Of a stretch of DNA of 64,000 nt, positions 9,830 to 19,557 are shown piece by piece. Every line of letters starts with the position of its first letter. Within the stretch, counting starts at the first letter, position 1. The position numbers and the translations under genes are program-made. Where the stretch lies: IMG/VR virus record IMGVR_UViG_3300020469_003050, positions 186,001 to 250,000 of that record, one strand, 5' to 3'. The notes under the pieces were generated by a model. The model was not told the DNA's origin, made no database searches, and was given only the letters and a program-made list of their open reading frames with translations.

Positions 9830-11554
9830 ATGGCAGAACAAATTAAATTTGGTGACAGATTATTTCTAAAAGGCGAAAAGCTAATATTAGATTCTGTTGC
9901 AAATGCAGTAATAAAACCTAATCAAGGTACACTAGAAATTGAAGGTAATTTACTAGTATCAGGTACAACTACCACAGTTAATTCAGAAACAGTAAGTATC
10001 GCTGATCCATTTATGTTATTAAATGGTGATTTGACATCATCAACTGCACCAACAGAACCTGTTGGTATTGAAATTAATAGAGGTTCTTCTGATAATAAGA
10101 AATTTGGATGGGACGAAACAAATTCTAAATTCTCAACATTTAGTGATGATTTAAAAACAGCCGCCATTGAAGCAACTGATATAGTTCTTACAGGTTCTTT
10201 AGTAGGTGATATTGCCTCAGAACTAGGTGATACAATAATTGATGTAACAGGCAACGGTACAGTAGATATCAACTCAGGTAATATTGACGGTACTGTTATT
10301 GGTGCAACTGCACCAGCACAAGCAACTTTTACTTCACTTACTTGGTCTACTACATCTAATACTACAGATGATTTAACTGAAGGTACAACAAATCAATATT
10401 ACACAGATGCAAGAGCAAGAGCGGCTATCAGTATGAATGCTGGTAGTGAATTGACTTATGATCCAGCAACTGGTATAATATCTTTTTCAGGAAATTATTA
10501 TCAAGATTCAGATGCTAGACAGGCAATCAGTGTAACAGGTAATGAAATAGGTTATGATAATACAACTGGTGTTATTAGTTATGATGCTCCTACAGACTTT
10601 GGTCTTTTAACAGATACAAATGTTATTTCAGGAAGCACAGGAGGCTCAACAGGTTCTAGTTTACCAACTAATGTTAGTTCTTTGTTTAATGATGCAGGGT
10701 ATGTTACACAGAGTTATCAAGGCTTCACCGCAGATTGGCAAGCAGATGATGTAACTAATTTAAATGCGGCAAAGGCTTACACTGACCAACAAATTAATTC
10801 GGTTGTTGACGTTGCTCCGTTACAATTAAACACATTAAAAAAATTAGCGGCGGCAGTAAATAACGATGCCAATTATAGTACATCAATACAAAATCAAATT
10901 AATGCTATGGCAATAGCCAATAATTTAGCAACTGTGGCTACATCAGGTAGCTTTAATGATTTACTAGACCAACCAACTATTCCTGTAAACGTAAGTGACT
11001 TACCAAATGATAGTGGTTACTTAACTTCTGGTGATTTACCAACTAATTATATGATTAATAATGGTAACAACACAGTAGCAGGAAGTATCACACCATTAAA
11101 TGATGCATCTTTCAGCTTGGGTACTCCAACAAAAAGATGGGAATATGTTTATGGTGAAACAGTTGAGGCAACATATGCCGACTTAGCAGAAAGATATGAA
11201 GCAGATGATATTTACGAACCAGGAACTGTTCTTATATTCGGTGGTGATAAAGAAGTTACTAAAACAGATGTACATACTGATTATAGAGTAGCAGGTGTTG
11301 TAAGTACTAATCCAGCTTATAAAATGAATTCAGATGCAGGTGCAGATGACACTCATCCTTACATTGCATTACGTGGTAGAGTTCCATGTAAAGTGGTGGG
11401 ACCAGTAGCTAAAGGCGACTTGATGGTAACATCTAGCGTCAAAGGACATGCAAAAAGTGTCGCTGGTGCTGATATGGGACGAGCAGTTTTTGCCAAATCC
11501 TTGACAAATGATGCTTCTGAAGGTTCAAAAATTATTGAAGTTGTAATACTTTAA
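9830..11554 (+). CDS. Fibre-like virion structural protein with C-terminal intramolecular-chaperone-like domain
   Basis: 574 aa, Thr/Ser/Gly-rich; TDDLTEG..NQYYTDAR unit; LNTLKKLAAAVNNDAN fibre motif; C-terminal YADLAERYEAD...ALRGRVPCKVVG..KGDLMV. Confidence 0.7.
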   Translation: MAEQIKFGDRLFLKGEKLILDSVANAVIKPNQGTLEIEGNLLVSGTTTTVNSETVSIADPFMLLNGDLTSSTAPTEPVGIEINRGSSDNKKFGWDETNSKFSTFSDDLKTAAIEATDIVLTGSLVGDIASELGDTIIDVTGNGTVDINSGNIDGTVIGATAPAQATFTSLTWSTTSNTTDDLTEGTTNQYYTDARARAAISMNAGSELTYDPATGIISFSGNYYQDSDARQAISVTGNEIGYDNTTGVISYDAPTDFGLLTDTNVISGSTGGSTGSSLPTNVSSLFNDAGYVTQSYQGFTADWQADDVTNLNAAKAYTDQQINSVVDVAPLQLNTLKKLAAAVNNDANYSTSIQNQINAMAIANNLATVATSGSFNDLLDQPTIPVNVSDLPNDSGYLTSGDLPTNYMINNGNNTVAGSITPLNDASFSLGTPTKRWEYVYGETVEATYADLAERYEADDIYEPGTVLIFGGDKEVTKTDVHTDYRVAGVVSTNPAYKMNSDAGADDTHPYIALRGRVPCKVVGPVAKGDLMVTSSVKGHAKSVAGADMGRAVFAKSLTNDASEGSKIIEVVIL

Positions 11555-11590
11555 GTATTATATACTAATAGTCACAAATACTCCAATCCA

Positions 11591-11598
11591 GATAAATA
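11591..11598 (+). promoter_or_regulatory. Late promoter GATAAATA
   Basis: Recurrent motif in the intergenic gap. Confidence 0.55.
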
Positions 11599-11670
11599 AA
11601 GATAGATTACACTTAACCCAATTCAGTGTAGTTTATAATAAATCGATTTTTTATAGACGGGAGAAACAAT

Positions 11671-13665
11671 ATGGCGGCATATGCAATACAGTTCCGTCGT
11701 GGGACAACGACACAACACTCATCATTTACTGGCCTAGTAGGTGAGGTTACTGTCGATACTGACAAGAAAACACTTGTAGTCCACGATGGTTCAACAACCG
11801 GCGGCTACCCACTTATGAGAGAAGGCGGATCTTCGTCTTCGACAACAGGTTCGTTCTCAAGTAACGTAACTGTTGGGGGTACTCTAGCGGTAACAAATAC
11901 AGCTACATTCTCGGCAGGCGTAAATGTAACAGGTGATTCAGAATACACCGGTCACATCTTACCTGGCACAGATGATACTTTTGACTTAGGCTCAACAACA
12001 AAAAGATGGCGTGACTTATACTTAGGCCCTGGCTCACTTTATGTTAACAACAAGAAAATTCTTGAAGATGACAGTGGTACCATTACTATCAAAACTGATA
12101 CTGATGAAAACCTAAAATTAGTGACTACAGGTACTGGTACGATGCAAATCGAATCAAGCAACGGAATTCAGTTCACAGGCGAACTTAAAACTTCATCTGG
12201 TGATATTCAGGTCGGTGACCACATTGACATGAACTCAAATATCATCAAAGAAGTTGGCGCTCCAACAACTGGCTCTGATGCGGCCAACAAAACATACGTA
12301 GACAATGCAGTTAGTACAGGTATCGGTTCAGGCGCCAATGCTGTTTCAGGTACAACTGGTGCGTTTACAAGTGATGTAACTATTGGTGGTGACTTAACAG
12401 TTAATGGAACAACTACTACAATTAACACTTCACAAATCAACTTAGCAGACAACATTCTATTATTGAACTCAGATGCAACTGGCTCAGCTACAGCATCAGG
12501 TGGTATCGAAATAGAACGTGGCGATGACTTAAACGTTCAGTTACTATGGGACGAAACTAATGACCGTTGGTCAATTGGTGCAGAAGACCTATATTCATCA
12601 GGTGACTTTATCGGTAATTTAACTGGTAACGTAACTGGTAATGTAACTGGTAACGTAACAGGCACTACAAGTGATATTTCAAATCACGACACAGATGCCC
12701 TAGCAGAAGGTACAAATAAATTATACTTCACAGATGCAAGAGCAAGAGCGGCAATTTCAGTTTCAGGTGACTTAACATATAATCCTACAACTGGTGTAAT
12801 TTCGACTCAAGGTCTAGCTTCAAGTGATACTGATGACCTTGCAGAAGGTTCAACAAACCTTTACTACACAGATGCACGTTTTGATACAAGATTAGGCACT
12901 AAAGATACAGACGATGTATCAGAAGGCTCATCTAACTTGTATTACACAGATGCACGTTGGGACTCAAGACTATCTACTAAGAATACAGATAGTTTATCAG
13001 AAGGCTCATCTAACTTGTATTACACAGATGCACGTGTAGGAACTTATCTAACAACTAACTCATACGCAACTGAGGCATTCGTAACAAGTGCAGTTCAAGG
13101 CGTTGATAACTCAGACGAAATTACTGAGGGTTCATCTAACTTGTATTTCACAGACGAAAGAGCCCAAGATGCGGTAATGGCTAATGTTTCTGCAGGAACA
13201 GGTATCAACGTATCATATGATGATGCGGCGGGTACATTAACTGTAACTAACACACAAACAGAAGTCAATGACTATGTAGATGGTGCTTCATTCTCAGGCG
13301 GTACACTAACTTTATCAGTTGGTACTCAATCAGATGTAACAGTATCTTTAGATGGTCGTTATGCACAGTTAGGAAACACTTCTAAAAAACACACACATGC
13401 TTATGAGGCAACTGCACAAGACGAAACAGATAACACTGGTTCATCACATGCAATCACATGGGCTAACTTAACTTCTGGTAAGATTGACACTGGTGGTGTT
13501 GATTTTGCATCAGAAATTAATGATTCACCGTATGCTGTTGTTTATATCAACAGAATTATGGTGAGAGCAAATGAGGTATCTATTACTTCAACAGGATTAA
13601 CTTTTGCATCAGACGTTCTTACAGAAGACGATGAAGTAGAAGTAGTCTACATGGACGAGCAATAA
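11671..13665 (+). CDS. Tail-fibre-like protein with Mtd_N-type N-terminus and internal repeats
   Basis: Starts IQFRRGTT...GEVTVDTDKKTLVVHDG (major-tropism-determinant N-terminal type); five TD.L.EG..NLY(Y/F)TD.R units; GNVT repeats. Confidence 0.75.
   Translation: MAAYAIQFRRGTTTQHSSFTGLVGEVTVDTDKKTLVVHDGSTTGGYPLMREGGSSSSTTGSFSSNVTVGGTLAVTNTATFSAGVNVTGDSEYTGHILPGTDDTFDLGSTTKRWRDLYLGPGSLYVNNKKILEDDSGTITIKTDTDENLKLVTTGTGTMQIESSNGIQFTGELKTSSGDIQVGDHIDMNSNIIKEVGAPTTGSDAANKTYVDNAVSTGIGSGANAVSGTTGAFTSDVTIGGDLTVNGTTTTINTSQINLADNILLLNSDATGSATASGGIEIERGDDLNVQLLWDETNDRWSIGAEDLYSSGDFIGNLTGNVTGNVTGNVTGTTSDISNHDTDALAEGTNKLYFTDARARAAISVSGDLTYNPTTGVISTQGLASSDTDDLAEGSTNLYYTDARFDTRLGTKDTDDVSEGSSNLYYTDARWDSRLSTKNTDSLSEGSSNLYYTDARVGTYLTTNSYATEAFVTSAVQGVDNSDEITEGSSNLYFTDERAQDAVMANVSAGTGINVSYDDAAGTLTVTNTQTEVNDYVDGASFSGGTLTLSVGTQSDVTVSLDGRYAQLGNTSKKHTHAYEATAQDETDNTGSSHAITWANLTSGKIDTGGVDFASEINDSPYAVVYINRIMVRANEVSITSTGLTFASDVLTEDDEVEVVYMDEQ
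12688..13165 (+). repeat. Intragenic repeats encoding TDxxxEGxxNLY(Y/F)TDxR
   Basis: Five units, including a perfect 41-bp direct repeat at 12917-12957 and 12995-13035 (78-nt period). Confidence 0.85.
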
Positions 13666-13675
13666 AACTTAACAA

Positions 13676-13699
13676 CGTAGGGGAGTAAAATCCCCTACG
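13676..13699 (+). other. Strong intergenic hairpin without U-tract
   Basis: CGTAGGGGA-GTAAAA-TCCCCTACG between two fibre genes; probably an mRNA stability or processing element. Confidence 0.55.
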
Positions 13700-13753
13700 G
13701 TTCAATTATGAACATGAGGTCATCTAAAGACCTTTCGATTTAAGGAGACAATC

Positions 13754-14941
13754 ATGGGAAGAAAATTTAGACACAATGGTTCTACGAATACAAAAATTGG
13801 TCGTGGAACTACATTCAAGTACGACACAAGTGGAAACTTATCACAAATTACAGGTACAATAGATACAACTACTGACGATATTATTTTCACTGGTACAAAA
13901 TCAAACTTAAGACGTATAGCAGACCTAGAACGTAACGTATCTATTCTTGCATCACAAGATAGAGGTGACGGTGGTTCAGCTACTGGTAAACAATTTGGTG
14001 GTAAAGTAAAATTTAAAAATCAAATTGAAGTTGATGGAACTTTAAAAGCAGATGGCGATGTTGACGTTGCAGGTACACTAGATGTACAAGCAGGTCTAAC
14101 TCTTGGTGCAACTGCACAAGAAGTTGTTCAAGACTTAATCGGTGGTATGGCTAACACAGGCCTATCATACGATGATGCAAATAATCAAATTAATGTTGAT
14201 ACATCAACAATCGCAACACAATCTTACGCAGATACGGCCGCTCAAACAGCCGCAGATGCAGTAGTGGCGGCGGCACCTGGTTCATTAGATACTCTAAACG
14301 AACTAGCGGCGGCCTTAGGCGATGATGCCAACTTTGCTACAACGGTAACTGACTCAATCGCTACAAAAGCCGCACACGCAAGAACTATTACTGCGGGTAA
14401 CGGTCTTTCAGGCGGTGGTGACTTAAGTGCAGATAGAACAATCGCAATGGACGGTTCATATACTGGTGACTTTACAGTATCAGGTGATATCACTGCTAAC
14501 GGTGGTGACATGACAGCAACACGTTTCAACGGTGAAGCAACAACGGCAAAATATGCCGACCTTGCAGAACGTTATGAAGCAGATGCAGAATACGATGAAG
14601 GCACAGTAATGATGTTTGGTGGAGAAGCAGAAGTAACAGCGGCAGAAGGTCACGGTTGTGACAGACTAGCAGGTGTTGTTTCAATGAAACCAGCTTATCT
14701 AATGAACGGCGAAGCGGGTAGTGATATAACTCACCCAGCTATCGCATTACAAGGTCGTGTTCCAGTTAAAACTATGGGTGCAGTCAAAAAAGGCGACATC
14801 ATGGTAGCGGCTGATAACAAGGGACATGCTACAGCATGGAAAGAAGACCACGATCCTAAAATGACGGCATATATCGGTATCGCAATCAAAGATAAAATCG
14901 AAGAAGGCGAAGGTATGGTCGAAGTTAAAGTAGGTAAGTAA
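13754..14941 (+). CDS. Fibre-like virion protein with C-terminal chaperone-like domain
   Basis: 395 aa; APGSLDTLNELAAALGDDANFA motif, ITAGNGLSGGGDLSADRT, C-terminal YADLAERYEAD...ALQGRVPVK. Confidence 0.7.
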   Translation: MGRKFRHNGSTNTKIGRGTTFKYDTSGNLSQITGTIDTTTDDIIFTGTKSNLRRIADLERNVSILASQDRGDGGSATGKQFGGKVKFKNQIEVDGTLKADGDVDVAGTLDVQAGLTLGATAQEVVQDLIGGMANTGLSYDDANNQINVDTSTIATQSYADTAAQTAADAVVAAAPGSLDTLNELAAALGDDANFATTVTDSIATKAAHARTITAGNGLSGGGDLSADRTIAMDGSYTGDFTVSGDITANGGDMTATRFNGEATTAKYADLAERYEADAEYDEGTVMMFGGEAEVTAAEGHGCDRLAGVVSMKPAYLMNGEAGSDITHPAIALQGRVPVKTMGAVKKGDIMVAADNKGHATAWKEDHDPKMTAYIGIAIKDKIEEGEGMVEVKVGK

Positions 14942-14966
14942 GTAACTTAATAATTTTACAATATAG

Positions 14967-15001
14967 AGAAGGTCGGCATTACAGTCGGCCTTCTTTTTTT
15001 T
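14967..15001 (+). terminator. Rho-independent terminator
   Basis: AGAAGGTCGGC-ATTACA-GTCGGCCTTCT then a T-run. Confidence 0.8.
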
Positions 15002-15016
15002 AAGGAGGAGAAAGTT

Positions 15017-15121
15017 ATGAAAAAACTAATGAAGAACAAGAAAGTATGGATTGCAGTAGCAGTTGTAATAATTGTTGCATGGTACATGTTCGGTGGTCAA
15101 GCACCAGTCGAAGCAGTGTAA
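15017..15121 (+). CDS. 34-aa single-pass membrane microprotein
   Basis: MKKLMKNKKVWIAVAVVIIVAWYMFGGQAPVEAV*, strong AAGGAGGAG RBS; below the ORF-track cutoff. Confidence 0.7.
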   Translation: MKKLMKNKKVWIAVAVVIIVAWYMFGGQAPVEAV

Positions 15122-15144
15122 CAATTCAATTATAAAAGATAATC

Positions 15145-15168
15145 AAGGGCGCTTATGGCGCCCTTTTT
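15145..15168. terminator. Terminator hairpin between convergent genes
   Basis: AAGGGCGC-TTATG-GCGCCCTTTTT. Confidence 0.75.
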
Positions 15169-15871
15169 ATTCGTCTTCTCCGCAGAAGAAATTCTTAAGT
15201 GTTTGATATAGTCCCCCACCCTGAGTATTAGTATTTTCTTCAACCCATTCAGGAAACTTTTCAAATAATCTTTTCCATTGTAGCATTTCATTATGTAAAT
15301 CTATCACTTGTTTATAGTATTCACTTTTATTTGCAAAACCAAGTTCTTCTCTGATTTTAATAATTCTTTCTCTACATTCTTTTAAATCCAGTATATCTTT
15401 ATCAACTGCAACAATAATATCATCAAATGATTTTTTGTCAGAAAACTTATCTATTAAAAACTTATGATGTTTGTTTTTTGGCTTGCCATCATAAAGAAAC
15501 ATAATTTCTTGTAAATCATAGTACAATGCTTTTACTGGATTTATAGTTTCTCTATATCTTTCTGTAACTTCTTTAATTTCAAATCTTATATCGTCTGTTG
15601 ATAACTTTTCTAATGTTGCTAATGCAATTATATTAATCTTTTGTCTACTACCTGTAATTTTCTTTTGTGATGATAATCTTATCTTTTTGATTACAGTATC
15701 TATTATTATAATTGTATCTTTATCAATATCTTTCTTAATGTATTCTATATATTCAGGTGTGGCACTGTTAACGATGGCTCGTAATTCAGCCTCGGCATTC
15801 CCGGTCTTTAGGTACTCAATACAGTCCCTAATGAACTTTTGCTTCTTGAAATCTATTATGCCTGTTTCCAC
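15167..15871 (-). CDS. Hypothetical helical protein
   Basis: 234-aa ORF with GGAG RBS and a TAAATA element upstream on the minus strand. Confidence 0.6.
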   Translation of the reverse strand: METGIIDFKKQKFIRDCIEYLKTGNAEAELRAIVNSATPEYIEYIKKDIDKDTIIIIDTVIKKIRLSSQKKITGSRQKINIIALATLEKLSTDDIRFEIKEVTERYRETINPVKALYYDLQEIMFLYDGKPKNKHHKFLIDKFSDKKSFDDIIVAVDKDILDLKECRERIIKIREELGFANKSEYYKQVIDLHNEMLQWKRLFEKFPEWVEENTNTQGGGLYQTLKNFFCGEDE

Positions 15872-15911
15872 TCATTTCTCCCATACAGTATTTAATAGTT
15901 TCATTAAGAAG

Positions 15912-16337
15912 TTATAGTGACGATATAATATCCCTAATAACTTTTAACTTATTCTTTTTAAACAATGTTCTACGAGTTCCTGGGTGAAGTGGCTTTGGAA
16001 AATATTCATGCTCTATCCAAGCATACCCTCCACTTTCATGATTTAGTGTAGGTATAAATTCTTTCTTTATAACTATTACAAAAGAGTAATAACTAAAATC
16101 TTTATTTCTGGAATGATATTGGTCTAGTGGATATATCTTTCGTACATCTTTCTTAATATCAAGTCCTAGTTCTTCACACACTTCTCTTAGCAACGCTTGT
16201 GAAATATTTTCATTATCCTCAACTTTGCCTCCCCAAAATCCCCAATTTCGTGGATGCGAACCTAACTTGTCTCTTTGTTGAAGGATAATTCTTTTTGTGT
16301 CTTTAGCGATTATACATGCGCCTGCGGCTTTTAACAT
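15912..16337 (-). CDS. NUDIX hydrolase
   Basis: Nudix box GGKVEDNENISQALLREVCEELG. Confidence 0.9.
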   Translation of the reverse strand: MLKAAGACIIAKDTKRIILQQRDKLGSHPRNWGFWGGKVEDNENISQALLREVCEELGLDIKKDVRKIYPLDQYHSRNKDFSYYSFVIVIKKEFIPTLNHESGGYAWIEHEYFPKPLHPGTRRTLFKKNKLKVIRDIISSL

Positions 16338-16350
16338 TGATACGACTTTC

Positions 16351-17727
16351 CTACTGTAATAATTCTAGTCGCCAATAGCCTGCATCATAAATTCCTTGGA
16401 ATGTATCATTCCATTCACCGTCTTCAAATTTAAATTGTTGTCCAGTAAAAGTATTAGAAACATATGCTCTTAAAGTATACGCACTTGCATCAAATGATTT
16501 AACCCATGAACTACCATTATATTCAATGATATCATTCTTAGATGCATCTATTCCCCACGGTCCACTAGCAGAAACGTCTGTCAATGATAGATATCTTTGT
16601 CCAATTGCTGGGCTTGGTATATTATTAAAACCAGGTTTCGCAGTTGTGGCATCTATGACTCTATCTACTGCCGTGATAGTATTAGTAGGTAATGTATCTT
16701 TGTCTACTGTAAATTCTAATATTTCAGGATTGGCTGTTGAACTCAGTGAACCTATAACGTCAGCCTCAAGGTTATCTAATTCACCGTGAAACTTAAGTCT
16801 GAGTCTTGATATTCCATCGTCAAGGGATCCATAATTAGTCAATACATCTTCCCATGTAACACCATCTTCATAGTTTCCATTTTTTAATGGTTGACAGAAG
16901 TACTTACCGTTTGTTTCTGTAACTTGTAATGCATAATTCTCTGGTGTTACAACTACTGTTGCTTGTTGTTTTAAATCACTAAAGAATTCAAATGCATCAG
17001 GATCATAATCTAATGTATCTAAATCTGTATATGTGTATAAGTTGTGTATAATATTTCTTATTACGTTTTGTCTTGTTACTTGTGCTGGAGGATTAATCCA
17101 AATAGGAATTTGAAAGAACATTGTAGCAATGTCTATTTGGTCTTCAATTCCTGCAGGTATTCCTCTGCTACTCCACTGAATATCAGATAATTCAACAGTA
17201 GTGATAGTTGTCCAATCTACTGGATTATCATTGTGTTGTATTTCTAATGCTGGATTAAATAAAACTAAAATTTGTTCCATTAACTGTAACTTTTGGTCTG
17301 TATTGGAAGTCCAAACATCTACTTGCATATTCAAAAGATAAGGAACAGGCATAAGTCTTTTTACATTAAATCTGTTTCCATCTTCATTTACGTATTTGTT
17401 TGTTGCTTGGTCAAACTTTCTTTCCGTTACTGCTACTGCATCATTAAAGAATGGCTCTTGAACTCTTGCTCTATCGGGTTGAAGACTTTGTATCCAACAA
17501 CCGATAAATGGTGCAGAATTTACGATATTTTCAGAATTGCCTTTCATAATAGTAGCGGCCATTCTTGATATATCACCGTATCTTGCTGGTACACGAATAT
17601 AATAATCAGTTGTACCATCATTCATTTTCTTCCCTGTTTTTACGCTGAACCCACTGAATATTCTGATAAATTGTAGAATATATCTTCTTATCTGTTCATC
17701 GTAAAAGTGATGTTGCTTTATCGCCAT
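16351..17727 (-). CDS. gp15: Tail terminator / sheath stabiliser (T4 gp15-like) with C-terminal extension
   Basis: HFYDEQIRRYILQF, MPVPYLLNMQVDVWT, QLMEQILVLFNP motifs. Confidence 0.8.
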   Translation of the reverse strand: MAIKQHHFYDEQIRRYILQFIRIFSGFSVKTGKKMNDGTTDYYIRVPARYGDISRMAATIMKGNSENIVNSAPFIGCWIQSLQPDRARVQEPFFNDAVAVTERKFDQATNKYVNEDGNRFNVKRLMPVPYLLNMQVDVWTSNTDQKLQLMEQILVLFNPALEIQHNDNPVDWTTITTVELSDIQWSSRGIPAGIEDQIDIATMFFQIPIWINPPAQVTRQNVIRNIIHNLYTYTDLDTLDYDPDAFEFFSDLKQQATVVVTPENYALQVTETNGKYFCQPLKNGNYEDGVTWEDVLTNYGSLDDGISRLRLKFHGELDNLEADVIGSLSSTANPEILEFTVDKDTLPTNTITAVDRVIDATTAKPGFNNIPSPAIGQRYLSLTDVSASGPWGIDASKNDIIEYNGSSWVKSFDASAYTLRAYVSNTFTGQQFKFEDGEWNDTFQGIYDAGYWRLELLQ

Positions 17728-17728
17728 T

Positions 17729-18724
17729 TTAATCTACCTTTGGTTTAACTGCCTTAGACAAGTTAACCTTTCCTGCAATAGTGGTACCATCTTCAAGTTT
17801 GACAACGCCATCATTGTTAATGAATTTATGGTGTAAGTGGTTACCAACTTCCCAACCACCATCACTATCTTCAATTTTATACCACTTAATTCCTTGATAT
17901 TGAAATAATCTGTTAGGATTATAATCAGTTCTTAAGAAGTAAGAATTTTCTGCTGGGTTGCTAGGAAATCTTGTACCACTTGCAACAGTTGCCATGTCTA
18001 CATCTTTAGGATGTTGTCCTTCGGGTGCATATTGCAAGTTGTTAGTTCTATAATCCCAGTATTTTCCAGGAACATTTTCTTGTGCTTCTTCAACGATTGC
18101 ATCATTGATTTGAAGTTCTTTATTGTAAGTAGACAGTAGATTTTTTAAATCGTCTGCTTCTTCGCCTGTTCCAAGAATATCTGAGTACTCTTGTGTATCT
18201 TGTAATTGCTTACAACGAACACGCCATATGTGCGGCCACCAACCTGGGTCAAAGCCTTCTGCGGCCTTTGATGCATCTTGCACTACCCAATATTGATTGA
18301 CTGCTGGAGCGTCCTCGTCAAGTAACAAATCTTCTCTCATATGAGGAAGTTCAATGACATCTCCTGTCATTAATTTTCTTCCCATTTTTTCTACCATATC
18401 GTTTATAGACATTGTGAATATAATTTGGTCATTGCCCAAAAACATTCCAAACTGAGATAGGTCCATATCTTGGTCTGAAACTGTATACACACCACGTAAG
18501 TCATATATGTTATCATCATACTTTCTGTCACGATTCTCCATGAACAACAAATCTTGTATTGCTGGTTTGGTAGGATCATAGTTAGGATCAGTTGTATCTT
18601 GTGAACCTAAATATTTGTGAACAAGTAGCGAAGTGCCTCCATGTTCGAAGTGCGCCTTCACCATCTTATCGATGAATTTGTAATCATTTCCCTTACGAGG
18701 GTTCCATAAACTTAATCTTGGCAT
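17729..18724 (-). CDS. gp14: Neck / head-closure protein (T4 gp14-like)
   Basis: DLLFMENRDRKYD, DLSQFGMFL, GRKLMTGDVIELPH; directly upstream of the gp15-like gene. Confidence 0.75.
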   Translation of the reverse strand: MPRLSLWNPRKGNDYKFIDKMVKAHFEHGGTSLLVHKYLGSQDTTDPNYDPTKPAIQDLLFMENRDRKYDDNIYDLRGVYTVSDQDMDLSQFGMFLGNDQIIFTMSINDMVEKMGRKLMTGDVIELPHMREDLLLDEDAPAVNQYWVVQDASKAAEGFDPGWWPHIWRVRCKQLQDTQEYSDILGTGEEADDLKNLLSTYNKELQINDAIVEEAQENVPGKYWDYRTNNLQYAPEGQHPKDVDMATVASGTRFPSNPAENSYFLRTDYNPNRLFQYQGIKWYKIEDSDGGWEVGNHLHHKFINNDGVVKLEDGTTIAGKVNLSKAVKPKVD

Positions 18725-18734
18725 ATTTTTTTCC

Positions 18735-18763
18735 TTGACTTCTAACTGTATTTATCATATAAT
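18735..18763 (+). promoter_or_regulatory. sigma70 promoter with an opposite-strand late promoter nested in its spacer
   Basis: TTGACT-17 nt-TATAAT on +; TATTTATC at 18749-18756 reads GATAAATA on -. Confidence 0.65.
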
Positions 18764-18787
18764 GAAGGTATCTTGAAGGAGAAGTGA

Positions 18788-19486
18788 ATGGAACAACTTC
18801 CAAATAGTAATGGATATACTATTGTACGTGATTATTTACCAGGAATAGCGATAGAACAATTCAGAATGTGGGCAATGAACCCTAATAATGCTCATAGAGG
18901 CAACGGGTCAGATGGGATTTACTACGATAAACATGATGGAAAACGAACATATGATGTTTGGTGGACAACAGCACCACCTAAAGAAATGTGGTTACCAGTA
19001 GTTTTAGGACTGAAAAAATATATTGATGTATTATTTGGGTCTATTCAATGGGGAATTCATGCAGTTGATTGTATTACTACTGCACCTCAATCAAGTAAAA
19101 TCTATGCACATATAGATACCCCTTATCGATTCGAAAAATATGCTAAGGTAGATGAGACACTAGGTGTACAAATAATTATACCTCTTAATGCTTTTACTTT
19201 AGAGAATGGCGGCACTGCATATCTTCCAGGTTCGCACTTAGAAAATTTATATTATAAAGATATCGAAGATAATCAACAACACTATAATGATAGATTAGTC
19301 AATGAAGGTCATCAATTTTTAGCAAAAGCAGGTGATGTATTAATGTATGACGGTCGAACATTACATAGCACAATGCCTAACAAATCTAATTTATATAGGA
19401 GTGCCTTACTTATAAATGCATTACGTGAACATGTACTTGAAGATGCTCTTTTGTTAGATAATAACACAGATAACCTTAAAACTTGA
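18788..19486 (+). CDS. Phytanoyl-CoA dioxygenase (PhyH)-family Fe(II)/2OG oxygenase
   Basis: HID triad start, FTLENGGTAYLPGSH, AGDVLMYDGRTLHSTMPNKS...R. Confidence 0.85.
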   Translation: MEQLPNSNGYTIVRDYLPGIAIEQFRMWAMNPNNAHRGNGSDGIYYDKHDGKRTYDVWWTTAPPKEMWLPVVLGLKKYIDVLFGSIQWGIHAVDCITTAPQSSKIYAHIDTPYRFEKYAKVDETLGVQIIIPLNAFTLENGGTAYLPGSHLENLYYKDIEDNQQHYNDRLVNEGHQFLAKAGDVLMYDGRTLHSTMPNKSNLYRSALLINALREHVLEDALLLDNNTDNLKT

Positions 19487-19557
19487 CAAAAATAGCTATT
19501 TGTAGTTAAATAGAAACTATAATAAATTGATTCGAAACATTACGGAGCGAGATTTAA

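Noticed and set aside
12688-13165. CRISPR-like spacing of the 41-bp repeat
   Set aside because: Only two exact copies, in frame inside a fibre gene and matching protein repeats; no cas genes.
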